IMG/VR virus record: IMGVR_UViG_3300028586_000647
Coordinates: 1-45,313 of that record
Origin: a virus
Taxonomy: Duplodnaviria; Caudoviricetes
DNA: 45,313 nucleotides
Direction: 5' to 3' (one strand)
Positions 9,505 through 17,900 of this stretch are shown here, in pieces (position 1 is the first letter of the stretch; each line of letters starts with the position of its first letter). Position numbers and translations under genes: made by a program. Under the pieces are notes generated by a model. It was not told the origin of the DNA. It worked only from the letters and a program-made list of their open reading frames with translations, and did no database searches.

Positions 9505-9831
9505 ATGACGCTGCTACAAATCCAGTCGCCGACCGCCGTGCTCTCGCTGCTCGGCACCGAGTACACCGCCCAGCTCGCTAAGTGCGAGAACTGCGTCGGC
9601 CCCGCTCAACTTATCGTGACGCCGGACCCGTGCTTCGGGACCCAAAAAAATGCCGATGCAGGCTGGATTGGATACTACGCCGCGCGGTGTCCTCACTGCC
9701 GAATACACTTCCCCGGCGACATGTCGGCCAGCGCGGGTGGCAACCCTACGCCAGCCACGCTCGACGAACATCGGGCCGCTCTGCAAAGCGCAGTAGATAG
9801 TTGGAATTCGGTCGTCGCCGTCGCTGCGTGA
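9505..9831 (+). CDS. Zn-finger protein resembling the Lar restriction-alleviation family
   Basis: LAKCENC...RCPHC...AVDSWN pattern (CxxC, CxxC, terminal WN). Confidence 0.5.
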   Translation: MTLLQIQSPTAVLSLLGTEYTAQLAKCENCVGPAQLIVTPDPCFGTQKNADAGWIGYYAARCPHCRIHFPGDMSASAGGNPTPATLDEHRAALQSAVDSWNSVVAVAA

Positions 9832-9858
9832 TAAGCCGACAGCAACGCGGGCAAGGTC

Positions 9859-9956
9859 GGCAGGGTGCGGAGACGAATGCCTCCGCACCCTGCCCCAGCC
9901 CTTAGTAGATACCCATTTATGCCAAGTAGGGTGCGGAGGCATTCGTCTCCGCACCC
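9859..9956. repeat. REP doublet (REPIN/BIME-like)
   Basis: 29-bp perfect inverted repeat, 9863-9891 vs 9928-9956; each copy is itself a hairpin; the second copy begins GTAG. Confidence 0.7.
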
Positions 9957-9984
9957 ACCACTCCCCCATCATATCCCACCTGTT

Positions 9985-10386
9985 ATGAATACCCTGGCCC
10001 TCGACCACCTACGTCGCCTCGAGCACCTGCTAGCCAGCGCAAGGGCTGATTACGACGTCCTGTCCTACGTCATTCTGGAGGGGCCAATGCAGGTCACGTT
10101 TCACTCGCTGAAGCGCAGCATCACTGTGCCCATCTGTGGCGACGACGTGGGCCACATCAACGGTATGCTGGCCGAGGCGGTACTGACCCGCATCGCCCAG
10201 TTAGAGCGCGAAATAGTAGAGGCCCATCAGGAGGTGGTGAACGAGGCAGACGAGAAGCAGTTGGACGTGGACCAGTTAGCTGGCTTCCGGCAACAGGCGC
10301 GGGTGGTGGGCAAGAATGCGCTGGCGGGGGCACTTCCACCGTTGGCAGCATCCACCGAAACCAGTCCTGATGCACATTCCCCTTAA
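9985..10386 (+). CDS. Hypothetical protein
   Basis: ATG at 9985 downstream of the REP pair; helical/coiled-coil composition. Confidence 0.6.
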   Translation: MNTLALDHLRRLEHLLASARADYDVLSYVILEGPMQVTFHSLKRSITVPICGDDVGHINGMLAEAVLTRIAQLEREIVEAHQEVVNEADEKQLDVDQLAGFRQQARVVGKNALAGALPPLAASTETSPDAHSP

Positions 10387-10702
10387 CGAGGAGCTATGCG
10401 CTCTTTTCACCGCCGCCGCTGATAGGGCTGCTGCTGCCTACTTCGCCGCGCTGCCCGCGCCCGAGCCCTAGCTGACCATCCCCGAGGCGGCGGCCTACGC
10501 CAAGCTCACTGAGGGCTATATGCGCCTGCTGGTGCTGGGCCGCCCCTACCGGGCCGCCGGCAAGGCTGAACGACCGGCCGTGGTGCCGCGCATCGAGCGG
10601 GGCGACACCGGCTTTGCCAAAGGTGCGCGGGTGCGGCAATCGGCGGTGGATACCTACCTGATGCGCCACAATTACCTAAATAATGTCCGTAATTTACGAT
10701 AA
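10370..10702 (+). pseudogene. Excisionase-type HTH gene interrupted by one in-frame TAG (10469-10471)
   Basis: MHIPLNEELCALF...PAPEP*LTIPEAAAYAKLTEGYMRLLV...VRQSAVDTYL reads in one frame. Confidence 0.7.
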
Positions 10703-10731
10703 TTTAAATCCTTGCCCCCTCTCTCAAATCC

Positions 10732-11295
10732 ATGCCTACGTTCCCCTCCCTTACTGCCCGCGAGCAGATTTTCACCCAGCATTTCGCCGCGCACGGTAAC
10801 GCCGTAACAGCTGCCGAAGCCGCCGGCTACCCCGCTGAGCAGGCCCTGATTGTCACCCAGACGCTGCTCGACCAGCCCCACATCAAAGAGCAGCTGCACG
10901 CGCTGGCGCTCACGCACGGCCTGTCGGAGCCCGAAGCCACGTTGCAGCTCACGCAGCTGGCCCGCGGCACGATGGCGCCTTTCCTGCGCGTGGGCGAGGA
11001 TGGCCAGGTGCACATCGACCTGGCGACCGACCAAGCTAAGGATAACTACCACCTACTGCGCCGAGTATCACAGCGTAGCTACACTACCCAGACGCCCGCC
11101 GGCCCGGTGGAGGTCATCGAGACGGAGCTTGAACTGCACGACGCGGTAGCCGCCGTTGATAAGCTGCTCCATTTGCACGGCGCCTACCCTGCTACCTATG
11201 AAGTGAGCGGTTGCGGCGGGCTACCGGGCACCAACATCTACCTGCCCGACAATGGTCGGGGCGACTTTCACTCACCGCCCGCGCCGGCGCAATAG
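10732..11295 (+). CDS. terS: Terminase small subunit, copy 1
   Basis: LTAREQIFTQHFAAHGNAVTAAEAAGY N-terminal HTH; C-terminal ELHDA..A.DKLL.LHGAY. Confidence 0.85.
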   Translation: MPTFPSLTAREQIFTQHFAAHGNAVTAAEAAGYPAEQALIVTQTLLDQPHIKEQLHALALTHGLSEPEATLQLTQLARGTMAPFLRVGEDGQVHIDLATDQAKDNYHLLRRVSQRSYTTQTPAGPVEVIETELELHDAVAAVDKLLHLHGAYPATYEVSGCGGLPGTNIYLPDNGRGDFHSPPAPAQ

Positions 11296-11591
11296 GACCA
11301 GTAAGCCTGGTGCACCACCCCTATACTTTAGTTTACTTTTTTACCTTTTCAAAAAGCGAGACCCCCACTTTTTTGGGGTCGGCAGTTGGTCAGAAAAAAG
11401 AGTGTTTCTGCAGCATTGCAGCACCTCAGGCCACATTAGGACCGCGCCCGCCACCAGCGGCAGGTATACCGAAAAGGCAAAAGTGTAGGGGCAGGTATAC
11501 CGGTTCGAGCTGCGGCAGGGGTTGGCCAGCCCTGCCGCAGCGCACCGGCCCCCTCGACCACCCTTATTTATTAGCTTTTATCCTTCCAGCG

Positions 11592-12377
11592 ATGTCCACC
11601 GGACAGACCCCAGTACCTAAGAAAGAAGCCCCGCCGAAGCCACTCAACGCGCAGCAGCTGCGCTTTGTAGTCGAATTATGCGTGGACTGGAACAAGGCGG
11701 CCGCCGCCCGCCGCGCCGGCTACAGCGAGAAAAACGCCAAGCAAATCGGCTACTCGCTTTGGGCCGACCAGCGGGTGAAAGATGCCGTGGCGCTGCGCAC
11801 CGCCGAGCTGGCCATGTCGGCCGGCGAGGCCACCGTGCGCATGAGCAGCTGGGGCCGCTCCAGCATCGAGGACGTGTTTACCATTGAGGTCGAGGAGTAC
11901 CGGCCCCGCGTGCAGAAGCCGCTTACGGATGTAATTGCCGAGCTGAAAGCCGATATGGAGGATGAGCAGGAACTGGCCATCCGGGCCGAGGCCTTGCTGA
12001 AGGACAAGAAGGTAATGAAGAAGTTTCGGGCGCAGGTGGCCCGGGCCCACCAGCGGCGGCAGGTGCAGCTCTGGCGCTACGAGAAGATGCTGGAGCGCCA
12101 GCCCGACGCCATGACGTGGGTGCAGGGCCCACCCATTGCCCGCGAGGTGGCGCAGCTCGACCTCGTTAAGGCGCTGCGAGCGCAGGCGGGCGGGCTGATT
12201 AAGAAAGTCACGCCTACGCGCTTCGGTACCGGCGTGGAGCTGCACGACGCCAAAGACGCGACCGATAAGATTCTCAAGCTGCACGGCGCCTACGCGCCCG
12301 AGAAGTTCGACCACACCACCAAGGGGCAGCCGTTGCCCGGTGTTCAATTCTACCTCCCCGACAATGGCCGCGATTAA
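11592..12377 (+). CDS. terS: Terminase small subunit, copy 2, with central insertion
   Basis: LNAQQLRFVVELCVDWNKAAAARRAGYSEKNAKQIG; same C-terminus as copy 1; overlaps the terL start. Confidence 0.88.
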   Translation: MSTGQTPVPKKEAPPKPLNAQQLRFVVELCVDWNKAAAARRAGYSEKNAKQIGYSLWADQRVKDAVALRTAELAMSAGEATVRMSSWGRSSIEDVFTIEVEEYRPRVQKPLTDVIAELKADMEDEQELAIRAEALLKDKKVMKKFRAQVARAHQRRQVQLWRYEKMLERQPDAMTWVQGPPIAREVAQLDLVKALRAQAGGLIKKVTPTRFGTGVELHDAKDATDKILKLHGAYAPEKFDHTTKGQPLPGVQFYLPDNGRD

Positions 12378-13941
12378 GGGGCGCCCGCTGGCGGAGCCCG
12401 AAACCATCATTCCGCAGGCGGGCTTTCAGGAGCGGGCCCTCTCCACCCGGGCCGATATCGCCATCATCGGCGGCTCGGCCGGCGGGGGCAAAACGTTCGC
12501 GCTGCTGATGGAAGCGGCCCGCCACCTCGACAACAGCGGTTTCGGGGCCGTCTTCTTCCGGCGCACCTACGCCCACATCACCAACGAGGGCGGCCTCTGG
12601 GATGCCAGCCACAAGCTCTACCCATCATTGGGCGCCACGAGTCGGGAGCAGCAGATGGACTGGCAGTTTCGCAGCGGCATGCGGGTGCAGTTCCGGCACA
12701 TGCAGCACGAAAACGACCGCCTGGGCTGGCAGGGTGCCGAGGTGCCACTCATCATCTTCGATGAGCTCACGCACTTCACCAGCAAGATGTTTTGGTACCT
12801 GATGAGCCGCAACCGCTCCACCTGCGGGGTGCGTCCCTACGTGCGGTGCAGCTGCAACCCGGACCCCGACTCGTGGGTGGCCGACCTAGTGAACTGGTGG
12901 ATAGACCAGGACGAGACCATGCCCGACGGCTCGCCCAACCCCCGCTACGGCTTGCCCATTCCCGAGCGCGCCGGTAAGCTGCGCTACTTCACCCGCCACG
13001 AGGACCAGATGGTGTGGGGCGACAGCCCCGAAGAGGTGCGCGCCCTGGTGCCACAGCTGTTTCAGGGGGCGCTGGCCGACGTGCAGCCGAAGTCGCTGAC
13101 CTTCATTCCGGGCACCGTGTTCGAGAATAAGAAGTTGCTCGACATCAACCCTGAGTACTTAGCCGACCTCATGGCCCAGGACGCGGCCGAGAAGGCGCAG
13201 CTGCTTGATGGCAACTGGAAAATCAAGATTGACGGCTTGGCACTCTACCAGCCTAACCGCCTAGCCGACCTCTTTACCAACCAACTCGCCCAGCCGCCGA
13301 AGCCCCGGCGCTACATCACGTGCGACGCCGCCGGCTTCGGCAAGGACTTCACCGTCATTTTGGTCTGGGAAGGCTGGAAGGTGGTGCAAATCATCGTCGA
13401 GCGCAAAACCGACCCGCGGGCTATTTACGAGGCCATCGAGGCCCAGCGCAAGAAGTGGAGCGTGGCCGAGTCCGACGTGCTGGTGGACCAGGACGGCGTA
13501 GGCGGCAAGGTGTTCAGCCACGGCCGCGGCTACAAAGGCTTCAGCGGCGGCGCTTTGCCCATGGCCGACCCCGATACGGGCGAAAAGGAGCGCTACGCCA
13601 ACCTCAAAACCCAGTGCTATTACCGCATGGCCGACCGCGTGAACAGCGCCAGCGTGGCCGTACAGGTCGATGACTATACGGTCGAAGTCGATGGTTCGCG
13701 GGGCATGAAGCTAATGCTGGGCAAGACCCAAACCACCGTGCTCGCCCTACTTAAAGCCGACCTGAAGGTGGTCAAGCGTGCCCCCAGCGACGCCGAGAAG
13801 CGCAAGGTCATCAACTCCAAAGAGGAGCAAAAGGCGATGCTGGCGGGCCGTAGCCCTGACTTTGGTGACGCATTCATGATGCGGGAGTGGTTCGAGCTGC
13901 GCCACGAGGTCAAGCCCTGGTTTATGCGCCGGGTCAATTAA
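12364..13941 (+). CDS. terL: Terminase large subunit
   Basis: Q-motif PQAGFQ, Walker A GGSAGGGKT, Walker B IIFDE, coupling motif SCNP, nuclease motifs TCDAA and SPDFGDA. Confidence 0.93.
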   Translation: MAAIKGRPLAEPETIIPQAGFQERALSTRADIAIIGGSAGGGKTFALLMEAARHLDNSGFGAVFFRRTYAHITNEGGLWDASHKLYPSLGATSREQQMDWQFRSGMRVQFRHMQHENDRLGWQGAEVPLIIFDELTHFTSKMFWYLMSRNRSTCGVRPYVRCSCNPDPDSWVADLVNWWIDQDETMPDGSPNPRYGLPIPERAGKLRYFTRHEDQMVWGDSPEEVRALVPQLFQGALADVQPKSLTFIPGTVFENKKLLDINPEYLADLMAQDAAEKAQLLDGNWKIKIDGLALYQPNRLADLFTNQLAQPPKPRRYITCDAAGFGKDFTVILVWEGWKVVQIIVERKTDPRAIYEAIEAQRKKWSVAESDVLVDQDGVGGKVFSHGRGYKGFSGGALPMADPDTGEKERYANLKTQCYYRMADRVNSASVAVQVDDYTVEVDGSRGMKLMLGKTQTTVLALLKADLKVVKRAPSDAEKRKVINSKEEQKAMLAGRSPDFGDAFMMREWFELRHEVKPWFMRRVN

Positions 13942-14044
13942 CACAAAAGCAAAGGAAGAATTCCCCGCATTTCTTTTGCAATGCATTGCCTACCAATACT
14001 ATAAACCCGGTTTCGGAAATCACTTTTTTACAGTTCGCCTTTTT

Positions 14045-14824
14045 ATGCCTACCCTTCAACTCGCTGGTGGCCGCACCTTCCACGTGGCGGATACCCTCCT
14101 CGACCAACCCGCTGACCACGTGCGCCGCTACCACGTCGCCCTGGCCCCCGAAACAACTCTAGGAGAGGCTGTTGAGGAACGTTTTCAGCGGTACCTGCCC
14201 CAGCCCGCCACTACGGACACACTAGGGCAACTGACTCAGCAGGCCCGGATGGCCGTATTCTGTGCTTCGCCCCAGGCCCGGGCGCTCACCATTCTGGTTG
14301 AGCAGGTCGAGCAGCAGCCCGCGGGCGACCTATCCGACCAGGGCTTGCGCGACCGCCTGAGCTACTTACTGGCCTGCGGCCTGACCGAGGCGCAGGTGCA
14401 GGAACAGCATGCTCGGGTAGAGGCCGAGTTGCAGGCCCTCATAGCGCCCTACTTGGTCACGCACCCCGAGGCTGAAGCGCAGGAAATAGAGGTAGCCAGG
14501 GCGCAGCAGCGTCGGACACTTGCGTTGTGCGATGCCATGCTGGGCGTTGAGGTGCCGGTGCTTATCACGCGCTCGCAGGTAACGCAGGCGCTGCTTGACT
14601 TACTGGAGCCAAGTACGCTTTTGCCAAATGGACTATCCAGTATCAACCCCCACGTTCGGCAGCGCTCCTTCGACTCGCTGTGCCTGTTGCTGCTACAGGA
14701 GCAACTCGCTGGCCGGCTCACGCTCTTACCCACGCCCTGGCAACAAGAACCCAGTCCCTACCTGTTGCCGCTGGGCCTGTTTCTGGAGCACGTGCGGGCG
14801 GTCAGTACTCGATTGCCCAATTAA
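14045..14824 (+). CDS. Hypothetical protein, possible tail-assembly-chaperone homologue
   Basis: Immediately upstream of the TMP; DLSDQGL motif recalled from pre-TMP proteins of Bacteroidota phages (not verified). Confidence 0.5.
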   Translation: MPTLQLAGGRTFHVADTLLDQPADHVRRYHVALAPETTLGEAVEERFQRYLPQPATTDTLGQLTQQARMAVFCASPQARALTILVEQVEQQPAGDLSDQGLRDRLSYLLACGLTEAQVQEQHARVEAELQALIAPYLVTHPEAEAQEIEVARAQQRRTLALCDAMLGVEVPVLITRSQVTQALLDLLEPSTLLPNGLSSINPHVRQRSFDSLCLLLLQEQLAGRLTLLPTPWQQEPSPYLLPLGLFLEHVRAVSTRLPN

Positions 14825-14830
14825 TCTATT

Positions 14831-14867
14831 AAGCAGACTACTTCGAAAGGGGCAGTCTGCTTTTTTT
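14831..14867 (+). terminator. Intrinsic terminator between the chaperone-like gene and the TMP
   Basis: AAGCAGACT...AGTCTGCTT stem followed by a T7 run. Confidence 0.75.
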
Positions 14868-14913
14868 ATTCTTAATGCACGTAATTTACGAACATTAATT
14901 ACCCCTTTTTGCG

Positions 14914-17900
14914 ATGGCCGACAACCCTATTTCCTTTAATGATTTATTTAGTCCCTTAGGACCGGGGACGACCGAGCTGGACGACTTTACCAAAGCAGTC
15001 GCGGCCTTGAGCCGCAACTATAAAGCCTTCTCAAAGAACCTAGATTCAGATGGGGAACGGGTAAAAACCGTAATGGCTGCCCTAAGCGTGCAGTCGGGCC
15101 AGTTGCGCAGCCAAGCCGCTGATATCAACCTGCTCAACGAAAAGGAACGGGCTGGTATAGCGGCCCTCACAGCCGAGGCCCTGAAGCTCGTCCAGGAGCG
15201 CCAGCGTCTAGAGGTTGTCCTGGCAGCCCAGGCCAAGGCGCAGGCTCGCGTAAAAGATGCGACCACCGAAGCCACGTCGGCGCTACGGGCGCAGCAGAAT
15301 GAGCTGCGCGAGGCCTACGCTGCCCAGGATACTGCCCGCGTCGAGAAAGCGGCCACTGCCATCCTCAAGTACAAGGCCGAAACCCTCGACCTGAGCCGGG
15401 CGGTTCGGGGGGCCAACTCTGAACTGACCGCCGCCCGCGGTTCCTACGATGCCCTGGTGCTGGAAAACGCCAAGCTGATTGCCTCGCTGCGAGCGCTGGG
15501 CGGGGGCCTCGAAAACGGCAGCGCGGAGGCGCTGGCCCTGCAAAAGCAAATCGCGGCCAACACACAAACGCTGAAAACCTTCGACGAGTCGATTCTGATT
15601 TTCAATCGCAACGTTGGTAATTATAAGGATGGATTCGGCGGGCTGGTGCAGGAGCTGGCCAAGCTTCAGACGCAGCAGAAGGGTCTTAGTGAGGATTCGC
15701 AGCAGTATCAAGCCCTGGAGCAGAAGCGTATTGGCTTTCTCACGGCGGCTCAGAAAGCGGCCGCCAGCGCGGGCCTCTCCTACGAGCAGACCAACGCCAA
15801 GATTGAGAGCTACACCGCCGCCATCCAACCCACCGTCAACAACCTGGTGCGGCTGGAAAAGGCGCAGCAGGACGTGGCCAAGAGTGCGGGCGTAGACTCG
15901 GAGGAGTACCGCAAGCTGGGGTTCCAGATTCAGTCGACGAAGAAGGAGCTCGAAAGCATGCCCGCCGCCACCGAGCAAGCCGGGGCGGGCTTCAAAGGGG
16001 TGCGCGACCAGCTGGGCTTTACCAAGGACGGACTCGTGGGACAGCTCACGCAGCTCGGCGTGGGCCTGATTGGCGTGCAGGCTATTTTCACCGGCGTGGG
16101 CGTGGCCTTTACCACCGATTCGGAGTTTCAGTCGGCGCTCAGCAGTCTCTCGGCCCTAACCGGGGCCACCGGCGAGGACCTACAATTCCTGGCCGATAAG
16201 GCCGAGGAGCTGGGCCCCAAGGTAGGCAAGTCAGCTACCGAAACTCTGAAGGCCTTCGAGCTGATTGGTTCGGCTAAGCCCGAGCTACTCGATAGCAAGG
16301 AGGCGTTGGCCTCGTTTACCGAGCAGGTGCTGTTGCTGGCCGCGGCCTCCGGCGACGAACTGCCAGCGGCGGCCGAGGCGCTCACCGGCGTGATGAATCA
16401 GTTCCAGGCCCCGGCCGAAGAAGCAACCCGCTACGTGAACGCGCTGGCGGCCGGCGCCAAAGAGGGTGCGGCCACCATTCCGCAGTCGGCGGCCGCCCTG
16501 AAGTACTTCGGCGTGAACGCGGCCACGGCCAACATCTCGGTCGAGAAGTCAGTGGCCCTGATTCAGCTACTGGCCGAGCGTAGCATCAAGGGCGAGCAGG
16601 CGGGCACCCAGCTGCGCAACGTGCTGGCGAAGCTGGCCAGTGGCGCGAAGGAAACCAACCCCGAGATGGTGGGCCTGAGCACGGCGCTCGACAACCTGGG
16701 CAAAAAGAACTTAAGCACGGCGCAGTATACCAAGCTGTTCGGGCTGGAAAACGCCAACACGGCCCGCGTGCTGGTCGAGGGCCGCGAGAAGGTGGAAGCT
16801 CTCACCGTAGCCGTTACCGGTACCAGCGTAGCTAACGAGCAGGCCGCCCGGCAGCTCGATAACGTGGCCACGGCCGGCAACCGCTTCATAGCCACGCTAA
16901 AGAATGTAGTCATCAATGCTCTCGACCCGCTAAGCCGGGGCCTGGGCCGCACGCTGAATGAGTTTTCGGCCTTGCTGGGCAAGCTCTCGGGGGCCACCAA
17001 GTCGGTGCAGGAGAACACCGCCGCGACGGCCGCCAACGGCCTGGCCAACCAGCAGACCGCGACCACAGCACAAGCCCTGCTCGACCGTTACCAGCAGCTC
17101 ACGGCCAAGGGCGTGAAGCCGGCCAAGGATGGCAAGGGCGAGCTGAACATTATCACCTTGCAGCTCCGTGACAGCCTCGGGGAGAGCGCAGCGGCCATCG
17201 ACAAGGAAACGGGCCTGCTGGTGCTCAACGAGGGCGCCACGCAGCGATTGATTAAGCAGAAGCTCCTGCTCAGCAACCAGGCCGTTTCTACGCTAGTCCT
17301 CGAAGCCGATGCCCTCAAGGAACAGCAGCGTCAGCAGCAGCTCAGCATCAAAGCCCAGGAGTTAGAAATTGCCGGTCGGGAAAAGGCGCTCAACCTCACC
17401 CGGGAGCAGGCCCGCGCCCAGGTAGATGACTATGCCAACAACTCGGGCTTCGGGGAACTGAACGCAGACGTTGCGAAGCTCAGCGGGGCCACCATCAACT
17501 TGGAGGGGTCGCGCAGGAAACTTGCCCAGACCACAGCTGACTACAATACGAAGCTCGAAGGCCTGGCTAAGCTCAATGCCCGGGCTGCCTACGAAACCGG
17601 CCTGTTGACCAGCACCACGACCGCCGGCGCCGAGGCCCAGAAAGCCCTAGGGACTGCGGCTGCCGAAACCGACCGCATTCTCGACCGGACCGCCAAGGCC
17701 CGCGCTGCTGACGGACGCCAGGACTTGCAGTTTCAGTTGGCCGATACCGAGCGCGCCATTACTGGCATCAAGAAAACGCAGGAAGAGCAGAGCAGACTCT
17801 ACACCGATGGGCAGATTACCCAGGGCATTTTTAAAGCGTCAGTAGCCACGACCCAGGACCAAATCAACGAACTGGAATATAAAGCGGCTATCATCCGTAT

